Below are positions 17,187 to 26,271 of a DNA stretch of 32,000 nt, one piece after another (the stretch's first letter is position 1; every line of letters begins with the position of its first letter). The stretch comes from Candidatus Kuenenia stuttgartensis (GTDB lineage Bacteria; Planctomycetota; Brocadiia; Brocadiales; Brocadiaceae), in assembly GCF_900232105.1 (NCBI RefSeq), contig NZ_LT934425.1, positions 3,270,001-3,302,000 on the forward strand. The letters run 5' to 3'. Position numbers and translations under genes: made by a program. Below the pieces are notes generated by a model. That model had not been told where the DNA came from. It worked only from the letters and a program-made list of their open reading frames with translations, and ran no database searches.

Positions 17187-17819
17187 TTAAGAATAATTAA
17201 CGTTAAGATTGTTAATATAGAGCAGCCTTGATATAATCCCTGCCCTGCTATTTACATCAAGCTTTCGCATAAGAAGTCTCAAATATCCTTTAATGGTGTT
17301 GTAGCTTAAATTAAGATTGAGAGCGATCTCTTTATTGCTGTGGTCATCAAGCAGTAATTGAACGATTTCCTGTTCCCTTCTGTTCAGATGCCATTTGCGG
17401 AAGCTTTGGGCGATATGCGCATGGTCGGAATGCGTCCTGTCCAATATGAACAAATGGGGCCATTCCGCCTGATTTATATTCTGTGCTGAATCTGAAAGTG
17501 TTGTTCCGCGCACGGCATACCTTCTTTTCTGGCTCTTAATGAGATCGATAAAGTAAGTTGGTTCGGTCTTCTTTTCTGATTCATTTCCGATTTCTTCAAA
17601 TTTTCTATCCAGCAATTTTTTCCATTTATCACAAAATAACGATATATCAGGTGCAGCTGCTTTTCCTTTTGTCCCAACCAGATTTGATCGCAGCAAAATG
17701 TCTATTGCCGCCGGACTATAAAATACCTTTGAGGCATATTTATCATATCCTTGCCGGTAAAAGATAAATGCCTTGCCATGTGCGAAATTATTATAATCAT
17801 AATGACATGTTTTATTCAT
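17187..17819 (-). CDS. LuxR-type HTH regulator, copy 2 (paralog of the adjacent gene)
   Basis: C-terminal LNRREQEIVQLLLDDHSNKEIALNLNLSYNTIKGYLRLLMRKLDVNSRAGI. The supplied ORF starts at 17876; ATG at 17819 (MNKTCHYDY) is preceded by an SD-like ggagaa. Confidence 0.85.
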   Translation of the reverse strand: MNKTCHYDYNNFAHGKAFIFYRQGYDKYASKVFYSPAAIDILLRSNLVGTKGKAAAPDISLFCDKWKKLLDRKFEEIGNESEKKTEPTYFIDLIKSQKRRYAVRGTTLSDSAQNINQAEWPHLFILDRTHSDHAHIAQSFRKWHLNRREQEIVQLLLDDHSNKEIALNLNLSYNTIKGYLRLLMRKLDVNSRAGIISRLLYINNLNVNYS

Positions 17820-17955
17820 GTTGCTTCTCCTGTAAGAAACCCTCCAAACCTGGACAAACCAGAATAATACAAGCACGAAATACGAAAGAAGTGCTCGTTT
17901 AGAATTTCAAATCAATTTTAACGCTTCAGTCTTTTGAAACTGGAAAATTGTCATT

Positions 17956-17984
17956 TGTAGTGCGATGAGGTTCGTCGCACTACA
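17956..17984. repeat. Intergenic palindrome/hairpin
   Basis: TGTAGTGCGATGA-GGT-TCGTCGCACTACA: 13-bp stem with one T-G pair. Confidence 0.85.
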
Positions 17985-18147
17985 TTAGAATTTAGTGGGC
18001 TTAGATATCAAGTGAGGAACGAGCACCGTTTATAGCAAATGCTTCTACCCTACACTATGCGCCAAGCGGTGCTGTTATTGGAATTTTTCAAAAAACCAAA
18101 GTTGTTAAGTTAAATTGGTTTTCTTTCTACCATTGCGCTACACTTGT

Positions 18148-19596
18148 TCATTTAGCCCCGGAACCTGCTAATACCGCAGGCACTGTTCCAAAAAGTATTT
18201 TAAAATCCAGCCAGACTGACCAGTTGTCAATATATTCCAAATCCAACCGCATCCATTCATCAAAATTGGTAATTTTATTTCTTCCTGACACTTGCCATAT
18301 GCAGGTTAACCCTGGTCTCATGCTCAGCCGTCTTCTATGCCATGGTTCATATTCATCCACTTCCTTTGGAATGGGTGGGCGAGGCCCTACCAAACTCATA
18401 TCGCCTTTCAATACATTCCAAAATTGCGGGAATTCATCTATACTATACTTGCGCAAAAACTTTCCGATTTTTGTCACACGCGGATCATTTGACATCTTAA
18501 AGACAGGTCCTTGCATTTCATTGTTCTTTAACAGCGCCCCCCGTTTTGCTTCAGCATCTGCAACCATTGTCCTGAACTTGTACAATTTAAATACTCTTCC
18601 GTTTAAACTGCATCTCTTCTGTTTAAAAAATAAAGGACCGTTTGACGTAGTTTTTATTGCAATTGCTATAATGAGAAACACTGGAAATAACGAGACAAGC
18701 GCTATTCCTGAAAAGATTATGTCCATAAGACGTTTAATAAAAAGCTGCAATAATTTGTCCGGAGCGCTTTCAAAAACAAGCAAAGGAAATTCCGACAGAT
18801 AACTCCTGGTCTTACCGATGGTATCCGGGGTTACATGGCTATACTTTGTCCTTGCCAAATTAAGCGTAAACAAATCCACTGCCACACTCACCTTTAGTCC
18901 CTCTATATCGCACAAGTACCGAATCATTTCTTCCACCGTGTTTAACCATGACCTGGGAACAACAAACATGACTTCGTCTACAACAGTTTTATGAATTATT
19001 GCAGGGATATCTTTAACGGCGCCAATTACTTTATTTCCGCATACCACAGTATTCTTTTTTGCCGCATCGTTATCAATAAGACCGATAACATTAATACCCC
19101 ATTCCACATTTTTTCCGATGGTGTTTATAAAATGCTGCGCCCTTTTACCAGTACCAACAATTAAAATGTTTCTCGTGTTAAAGCCATTTTTACGCTGATA
19201 CTGCATAAAAAATAAAAGCGAAACCTTTTCGCCGCATAATAATATAGTCGCCATGAAAAAAGAGTAAAACAAATGCTCACTGCCTATCGTTTGAATCTTT
19301 GCAAGGAACACAAAGCTTCCCAAAAGACCTCCTCCCACTAAAGCTGTTTCTATTACGGGGAAGATCACTTCGGTAATGTTCTTTGTCCTGAAAGATTCAT
19401 ACATGCCAAAATTATGCAGAAATATCCCCCACACGCTCAACAGCGCAGGCAATAGTATGAAATAGTTGCCAAACTGCTGAATAACATCGCCGTAGTCGCT
19501 GAATAAAAACGGGGACAGGAAAAAAGATATTGTGACGATAAACAAATCGAAACAAATCATCAGCCTTCTGAAAAATAGGTGATATTCTTTTAACAT
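18148..19596 (-). CDS. Exopolysaccharide biosynthesis polyprenyl glycosylphosphotransferase (bacterial sugar transferase)
   Basis: N-terminal transmembrane segments, NILIVGTGKRAQHF nucleotide-binding-like domain, and C-terminal KRLMDIIFSGIALVSLFPVF...LFFKQKRCSLNGRVFKLYKFRTMV...IDEFPQFWNVLKGDMSLVGPRPP...RPGLTCIWQVSGRN. Confidence 0.94.
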   Translation of the reverse strand: MLKEYHLFFRRLMICFDLFIVTISFFLSPFLFSDYGDVIQQFGNYFILLPALLSVWGIFLHNFGMYESFRTKNITEVIFPVIETALVGGGLLGSFVFLAKIQTIGSEHLFYSFFMATILLCGEKVSLLFFMQYQRKNGFNTRNILIVGTGKRAQHFINTIGKNVEWGINVIGLIDNDAAKKNTVVCGNKVIGAVKDIPAIIHKTVVDEVMFVVPRSWLNTVEEMIRYLCDIEGLKVSVAVDLFTLNLARTKYSHVTPDTIGKTRSYLSEFPLLVFESAPDKLLQLFIKRLMDIIFSGIALVSLFPVFLIIAIAIKTTSNGPLFFKQKRCSLNGRVFKLYKFRTMVADAEAKRGALLKNNEMQGPVFKMSNDPRVTKIGKFLRKYSIDEFPQFWNVLKGDMSLVGPRPPIPKEVDEYEPWHRRRLSMRPGLTCIWQVSGRNKITNFDEWMRLDLEYIDNWSVWLDFKILFGTVPAVLAGSGAK

Positions 19597-19848
19597 ATGA
19601 ATTTCCTGCCGTTATCCTTACAAGAAAAGTGTATGAATAGTTCATATTTATAATGCAATGATTTACTCCCCGGTAAAAACGTTAACAATTTAATAGTATA
19701 GGGGTTTCAAAGTTGCAGGACGAAGCGATTGCATCGTCACTAGCGAAATGGTGTTTCGCGCCATATTGGAAAAAGAGATAGGCCTAAAACCTGTCTCTCC
19801 GCGGATCCAGGTTTGGAACCTGAACCCTCCTGGAATATCTCATTTGTC

Positions 19849-20268
19849 TTACAGTTTTTGCATACTTTCTTCGTATGCTAGCGGTGCTTCATGGTTAAAA
19901 TCTTTTTGGTCGAGGCTATGATGTTTATAGTGATAGGTTTTAGACGATAGGTCATTGTTTTTCATTTTGTTAATGCAAAATCGATAAAAACTATTCCTTT
20001 CTTCATCAACTACCCATTCATTTGCAAATTCTTGTATATTGTTTTTATGAGAGGTAAAGTAATCCCAAAAATTGCCGCCGTTTTTTTCTAATATTTCCAG
20101 GGAGTCTTGTAGATACCACACAACAAACTTCTTCCATGTTTGCAAATCCTTTCTTATCCACATGCACCACAAATTTGCGGGATTATATAAATTCTCTTTT
20201 CTCATCTCCTGATGTCTATTGATTTCAAAAAACTTAATCATGTCATACAATTCATCTGATACCGCCAT
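19849..20268 (-). CDS. Hypothetical protein, 139 aa
   Basis: Open ORF with plausible start and no competing ORF of similar quality; no family recognised. Confidence 0.5.
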   Translation of the reverse strand: MAVSDELYDMIKFFEINRHQEMRKENLYNPANLWCMWIRKDLQTWKKFVVWYLQDSLEILEKNGGNFWDYFTSHKNNIQEFANEWVVDEERNSFYRFCINKMKNNDLSSKTYHYKHHSLDQKDFNHEAPLAYEESMQKL

Positions 20269-21513
20269 ATTATCCCCCTCTTTAATTATCGATACCTAAG
20301 TGTGTACATAACTTACCTTGAATCACACCCTTCCCTTTATTCCCTCTTGCGAAGGAGGGGATGATGGGAGGTAATCCACTTTGTACCTCCTATAAATACC
20401 TCTCTTTCCATAAACCACTTTTCTATCCGTTTTCAACCCGTGTCAATATGTGGCTCTATCATCTATTAATTGGATTTTAACATTTTTAATTTTTAGCCAG
20501 CATCAACACAATGGCCATGAAATTTCGCTGTGTTTTTTTGAGAAGGCATATTCAATACAAACGCTCGAATCGTGACATACGGCGCAGGCATTAAATAACG
20601 GCCACATTTATCTAACACAATTAACGTGCCAAAACAAACTGGATGTTGCTGTTTCATAGGGCGTAAATGTGGTCACAATAGAATATTAAGAGGCGGTTTT
20701 TCCCCTTTTTTGAAAACGAAAAAGACCATTTGTTGCCATTGCATTATGTCTTCAAAAAACATCTTCCCCGCTCGTATTCACAGAGAATTAAACCATTCGG
20801 GATCATTGTTTGTGTAATGGAATGTATGAATTTAAGTTATTAAAAAGGAACCCCAACGTGAAATACTTTGCGCAATTTTTAATAAGAGAAGTAAGAATTT
20901 ATTATGATTCAGGGAAGAGGATAAATTACAACTTCTTTGTTGAACAGCGGTAAAGAACACGATGGTTTGTGCAAAAATTGCAGCCATAATAATGTTTCAC
21001 GTAATTCCGTCTATGCCAAACGGTTATATCTTTTTCCGATTGTACCGTGCAACGTTTTGCACATCCCTTATTGCGTGCACTCGTTTTTGTTTGTAAGTGT
21101 TTCCCGGCAATTAAGCCGGTTGCAAGGATTTCCAGAGAAACAGTATCACTCGCAAATATTGCATTAAACGGTTCACCGCATGAAGCTTTTTTTACGCAAT
21201 CCGTTTGTTTTGTTAACGGCAGCATACAATGCCTTCTTAATTATTCCCTGATTGAAAAGAGAGTAGTATTGTAAATCTGACCTGACCTGAACGAGCAGGG
21301 GCGGCCATTTGCTCGTGTAAGTTTCAACATATACTATTACTATATAAGCACAATTCGTATGCGATATTTTAAATAGTGCTACCCTTTTTTTCGAAAAGTA
21401 ATTTTGCGGGGTACGAAATTTGCGAATACCCTTACATTATGCAATATGAAGAACCGCGGGCTTTTATTTTTAGGATTTGCGGACAGTAACAATATTTATC
21501 GTATACCATAAAA

Positions 21514-23034
21514 ATGTTATTAAACATAAACAAACACCATAACGGTAAGTATGGCTCTGATAAGAATATTGAGAACAGCACCAGAGAAGGTGCGTTTTCG
21601 CTTTATTTGCTTTACTTGTTAAATGAGAACCTGAATTTATCAATAAAAATTGAAGAACTATTTGAATATACGGCCATTTTTTTGAAGAATAATCTTTGTA
21701 TTGATGACTTCTGTTTCATGTTAAATAACGGGGACAACGATGAATTGACGATATTTAAAACGGGAAGTGATATTTTTGAAGCGGTGAAAGACGTCACCTT
21801 TAAAAAGGGGGAGGAATATGCATGCATTGCTGCCCAGACGGGGAAACCCTTTTTATTAAATGACATAAGCAAGAAAAAAGACCAGTTTTTTTATAAAGGA
21901 AAACTGGAAAATATCGGATCGTTTTTATCTTTGCCATTGCGCTCTAAAAATAATCGAATGCTTGGATTATTAAACATACACAAGAAAGAAATAAATGCAT
22001 TTACCGAAGAAGATATGGGATTATTTATTACGGTGGCATTGAATATTGCTAATACCATTGAGAGGATTGAGCTATACGAAAAAGCTGAAAAAGGCGCAAT
22101 GTACGACGATCTTACCATGCTTTACCAAAGAAAATTTTTTTTTGACAGTTGTCATCTCGAACATAGTAAAGCAATACGCCATAACCTACATTTTTCAATC
22201 GCTATGATTGATATAGATCACTTTAAATACTATAACGATACCTACGGGCATTTGTTTGGAGATGAAATTCTTAAAAAATTAGCATATATCCTGAAATCAA
22301 ATGTAAGATATAGTGATATTGTGAGCAGATATGGCGGGGAAGAATTTGCGATACTTTTGCCAGGCATGGACAAGAATAGTGCCACCCTTGTCATTGATAA
22401 ACTCAGGGACGTGGTAAAAAGGATTTTGTCGTTAGAAGTCGCTGAAGGGAAAGTGGAGTGTGTGACAATAACTGCAGGTGTTGCCGGCTATCCGGAGGAT
22501 GGAAATTCTGTAAAACAGATTTTATCCGTCGCGGATAAATATCTTTATATTGGCAAATCATGCGGCCGTAACAGAGTCGTCAATAATACATTAGACGATC
22601 ATCAGCCTTTTCATCAGAACGTAAAAAAAACTAAACATAGTTCATTGCTAAGCAAAGAAGAGGTTAATCTTCTCCTGTACAAAAATGTAAACAGGCGGAT
22701 TAGCAGATTTAAAACATTGTTGAGGGTTGATAAAGGAATTAATAATATACAATGTTTTGAAATCAAAGTAATGGAAGATGACTGGAGAATTTGTGTAATT
22801 GGCGATATCGGCAAGGGAGGGTTCAAAGGGGATCTTGATTTCAAACCTAAATTAGACGAAATATTTACCTGCCGGGTTGTTGTTGATTCTGAAGTTTACC
22901 TGCCTGCGATCTTCTCAATCAGAATTGCCCACGAAAAGATAATTCATAAAAACAGATACGAAATAGGCGCTGAGATAGTAGATGGGCATAACAATTGGAA
23001 ATATATTTTCTCCTTATTAACGAATAATAAATAA
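21514..23034 (+). CDS. GAF-GGDEF diguanylate cyclase with C-terminal PilZ-like domain
   Basis: GAF-like 1-180; FSIAMIDIDHFKYYNDTYGHLFGDEILKKLA...SRYGGEEFAILLPG (intact GGEEF); C-terminal NRRISRFKTLLRV...CVIGDIGKGGFKG...YEIGAEIVDG resembles PilZ. The start may be a Met further downstream. Confidence 0.85.
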   Translation: MLLNINKHHNGKYGSDKNIENSTREGAFSLYLLYLLNENLNLSIKIEELFEYTAIFLKNNLCIDDFCFMLNNGDNDELTIFKTGSDIFEAVKDVTFKKGEEYACIAAQTGKPFLLNDISKKKDQFFYKGKLENIGSFLSLPLRSKNNRMLGLLNIHKKEINAFTEEDMGLFITVALNIANTIERIELYEKAEKGAMYDDLTMLYQRKFFFDSCHLEHSKAIRHNLHFSIAMIDIDHFKYYNDTYGHLFGDEILKKLAYILKSNVRYSDIVSRYGGEEFAILLPGMDKNSATLVIDKLRDVVKRILSLEVAEGKVECVTITAGVAGYPEDGNSVKQILSVADKYLYIGKSCGRNRVVNNTLDDHQPFHQNVKKTKHSSLLSKEEVNLLLYKNVNRRISRFKTLLRVDKGINNIQCFEIKVMEDDWRICVIGDIGKGGFKGDLDFKPKLDEIFTCRVVVDSEVYLPAIFSIRIAHEKIIHKNRYEIGAEIVDGHNNWKYIFSLLTNNK

Positions 23035-23105
23035 CCACCCCAAAGAGGGTATTTATTATATATGATAAAAAGTAGATAATATATATTGTAACACTGTATT
23101 AGTTA

Positions 23106-23261
23106 CTTCTCAATAAGTTGCGGTAAACAACCCTCCTTGCCCCTTACTCCCTTTATTAATTGGGAATACTGTACAGTTGGCAAATTGCAGATTGTGGACA
23201 GAGGACAATAGAAATCATTATAAAACCTCAACTTATTGAGAAGGTGCCTTTATTATTGTCC
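23106..23261 (+). promoter_or_regulatory. Structured leader region upstream of the PilZ gene (speculative)
   Basis: Inverted repeat CTTCTCAATAAGTTG (23106..23120) / CAACTTATTGAGAAG (23229..23243), interleaved with GGACAATA (23203..23210) / TATTGTCC (23254..23261). Confidence 0.4.
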
Positions 23262-23307
23262 ATAGAGCGCACCATGCGTGGCATTGTTTTTTAGGCGTAA
23301 GGCTATA

Positions 23308-23640
23308 ATGATATCATTTGAAAAAAGAAAATATAAAAGAATCGATTCAAATACTCGGTTGGAGCTTTATTTTGATGATACCCTCTTTAAAGCAGAGGTG
23401 ATAAATCTTAGTCTCAGCGGTATATGCTGTAAAACAATAGCACGTTACAATTACTTGCCTGACAAGATACTCAATTTTGACCTTTTTATTCCAATCAATA
23501 ATGAAACGTACTTAATAAAATCACACGGATTAATCGTTAGGGAAACATACTCCGCCGGAATATGTTTTTTGGCAATTTATTATAACGGTTTAATAAATGA
23601 CCAAAGTAAAGATATACTTAAACGCTATATTTTTGCTTAA
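23308..23640 (+). CDS. PilZ domain protein
   Basis: MISFEKRKYKRIDSNTRLELYFDDTLFKAEVINLSLSGICCKT: Arg-rich RKYKR plus NxSxxG, typical of PilZ. Confidence 0.78.
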   Translation: MISFEKRKYKRIDSNTRLELYFDDTLFKAEVINLSLSGICCKTIARYNYLPDKILNFDLFIPINNETYLIKSHGLIVRETYSAGICFLAIYYNGLINDQSKDILKRYIFA

Positions 23641-23835
23641 GAACTTAATAATTGCCCGGCTTAAAGCAAAATAAAGTATAGAAAACATTTTTCTTATATG
23701 CTTTTTCCCGTACATAGCCTATCAGTGCAATTTTGCATTTGACCCGGCCTGAGAGTTTTGGAACGAGAAAGAGCGAACGCATCTTTCATATTTCGTGCTT
23801 GTTTGATTCTGGCTTGTCCATGTTAGGTTAGGGTA

Positions 23836-26046
23836 CTACAAAGCTTTCACGAAACACGCTGTTGTGGTAATGAGGGTGGTTTCTTCCAGAAAACGAAGAC
23901 ATTTTTCTCCAGACCGTGGTTCCCCAAAATAATACCCCTGAACAGCATCACAGCCTTGATTCTGTAAGTATTTAATTTGAGTCATGGTTTCTACCCCTTC
24001 AGCGACGGTGCACAAATGGAGTCCTTTTCCCATAGCTATTATGGCATTAACCAGGCAGGATTCATCTGTTTCATTTTGGATGCTCTGCATAAATGATTGG
24101 TCAATTTTAAGCGTATGAATGGGGAGTTTTTGTATGTACGATAATGATGAATATCCAATCCCAAAATCATCTATAGCAACTGTTATCGAGTGTTTATGAA
24201 GATGATTCAGTATTTGTGCCATATGTTCCAGATCGGCCATTAATATACTTTCCGTCAGTTCGATTTCCATATTTTTCCCGGGAAATTGGCATGTGTCAAG
24301 CATATGCACGAAATTTTCCACAAAAAGGGGGTTTTCAATCTGCAGGGGAGAAATATTAACAGACAGGCGAATGGTATCATGGCCCTTTTTAATCCACTCT
24401 CTGACTTCACAACATGCGTGGTGAAGAACCCAATCACCTAAATCCTCTATTAGCCTTGTTTCTTCGGCAACAGGAATAAACTCGCAAGGACGAATTTTCC
24501 CTTTTTCAGGGTGATTCCATCGAACAAGTGCCTCAAAACCAATTACCTTTCCGGTATTGATTGTTATTTGCGGTTGATAAACAATCTCAAATTCATTGTT
24601 TTTCAAAGCCCGTCTCAAATCCCTTTCCATCGCTAAATGGTGTGGGCTGGAAGTCTTCATTCCTTTATCAAAGAACTGAATCCCCTTTTTTCCCCGGCCT
24701 TTTGCCTGATACATAGCGATTTCTGCATTTTGAATAAGCTGTTCAATAGTTTCACCATGTTCCGGGAAAAAAGAAATACCGATGCTGACGTTGCCAAAAA
24801 TCTCCTGATCACCAATCACAAAAGGCGCATGCATTATATCAGTAATTTTTAACGCTACCTGCCTGGTATTTTCAGGGGCGTTTATTTCCGGAAGCAGGAG
24901 CATGAATTCGTCCGCGCCAAAACGGGATAAAATATCATATTTTCGCAAACAGGATTCCAATCTCTGCGTTACCGATTGAAGCAATTGATCTCCCACTGCA
25001 TGACCAAGTGAATCATTAATTATTTTGAATCTGTTCAGGTCGAGAAACAAGACCGCGACAATACAATTATTTTGCCTTGCCTTGTTTATGGCCAGCCGGC
25101 CACTTTTTTCAAAAGATGCCCGATTTGGCAATTTGGTTAATAAATCGTGGCAGGCTTGAAAGTGTATGTATTCTTTCGCCTCTTTTCTTTCTGTCATATC
25201 ATGAGCGATTACGTAGACGCCAAATAATTTATCGCCTGAAATATTTCCGTTTTTTGGCTGGAATCCAAGCAAATTTAATTCAACAGGAAATAGCGTAAGC
25301 TCGAAATAACGGCTTTTAAAATAATTCTCTTTTGGTACAAGGCAAACCTCTATTTTATCGGACGGATAATTTCCAGAGCCACGCCTTATTTTTTCTTTCA
25401 CAAATACATTTAACCTCTCAACGTCTTCCGGGCGGACAATTTCGGAGTATAGTTTGCCTATCAGTTCCTGCGGCTTATATCCTAGAAAATTTTCAATTTG
25501 GGTGTTTATGAACATAATCCGTCCTTCGTGATCTATCGTACAGATTATGTCCGGAGAATTATTGACAATATATCTGTGAAGCACCTCGGATTTCTTCAGA
25601 TGACGCTGCATTTTTATGTTTAGCACTTCCCTCTGTATTTTGGTGGTGGTATTTTTAATTTTCACTAGCAGCTCTTCAGGGTCGTATGGTTTTTTTATGT
25701 AATCCAAAGCTCCCCTTTGTATTGCCTTGCTGACGGAAGCAAACGAGGTATTTCCGCTGATTACAATGACAGGCGTTTTAATTGAATGGTCATTCATAAA
25801 ATTCATGACGTCATAGCCGGATATGCCGTTAAGGTTAAGGTCCAGCAATAAGAGGTCGTATGATGTTGCCGAGAGTGCCCGGCAGGCCTGAGACCCTCCT
25901 TTGATAGTGGTGACGCAATATCGGTGGATTTCCAAAAGCTGTTTAACACTTTCCAGCATTCCGGGGTCATCATCTACTACCAGGATATGGATATCGTGAA
26001 AGTCATTTCCTGCAGTTAAATTTTGATATATTGGCGGTGGATTCAT
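23836..26046 (-). CDS. Response regulator with REC, PAS, GGDEF (degenerate) and EAL domains
   Basis: HILVVDDDPGMLESVKQLL...DLLLLDLNLNGISG (REC); SEVLHRYIVNNSPDIICTIDHEGRIMFINTQIENFLGYKPQELIGK (PAS); LLTKLPNRASF...SRFGADEFMLLLPE; EALVRWNHPEKG...DDFGIGYSSLSYIQKLPIHTLKIDQSF...VAEGVET (EAL). Confidence 0.95.
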   Translation of the reverse strand: MNPPPIYQNLTAGNDFHDIHILVVDDDPGMLESVKQLLEIHRYCVTTIKGGSQACRALSATSYDLLLLDLNLNGISGYDVMNFMNDHSIKTPVIVISGNTSFASVSKAIQRGALDYIKKPYDPEELLVKIKNTTTKIQREVLNIKMQRHLKKSEVLHRYIVNNSPDIICTIDHEGRIMFINTQIENFLGYKPQELIGKLYSEIVRPEDVERLNVFVKEKIRRGSGNYPSDKIEVCLVPKENYFKSRYFELTLFPVELNLLGFQPKNGNISGDKLFGVYVIAHDMTERKEAKEYIHFQACHDLLTKLPNRASFEKSGRLAINKARQNNCIVAVLFLDLNRFKIINDSLGHAVGDQLLQSVTQRLESCLRKYDILSRFGADEFMLLLPEINAPENTRQVALKITDIMHAPFVIGDQEIFGNVSIGISFFPEHGETIEQLIQNAEIAMYQAKGRGKKGIQFFDKGMKTSSPHHLAMERDLRRALKNNEFEIVYQPQITINTGKVIGFEALVRWNHPEKGKIRPCEFIPVAEETRLIEDLGDWVLHHACCEVREWIKKGHDTIRLSVNISPLQIENPLFVENFVHMLDTCQFPGKNMEIELTESILMADLEHMAQILNHLHKHSITVAIDDFGIGYSSLSYIQKLPIHTLKIDQSFMQSIQNETDESCLVNAIIAMGKGLHLCTVAEGVETMTQIKYLQNQGCDAVQGYYFGEPRSGEKCLRFLEETTLITTTACFVKAL

Positions 26047-26271
26047 AGGATATACCTTGTTAAATTACGGTTGCCTTCTGTAAACGGGGCATAGTTCCGT
26101 GTGATATAGCCGTCTGTCTGTCTGCATACTGAAAGTTAGATACCATAGCATGCCGGGCCTTTTATCAAATACCTTTAACAGAAGAACAACATGTTTTCTA
26201 TCTGCTTTTTAAGAAGGTGAGTTTTTCCTGTGTCAGCAGTAATTTTCATGCAATATCTGCCTCCTGTGTTT

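Noticed and set aside
18224-18802. 192-aa plus-strand ORF antisense to the sugar transferase
   Set aside because: Explained as antisense of a strongly conserved catalytic domain.
20926-21225. 99-aa ORF containing CNFCTNH, briefly considered as a cytochrome c-like CxxCH motif
   Set aside because: The motif is CNFCTNH, not CxxCH; there is no surrounding haem-protein context and the ORF overlaps other weak ORFs on the opposite strand.
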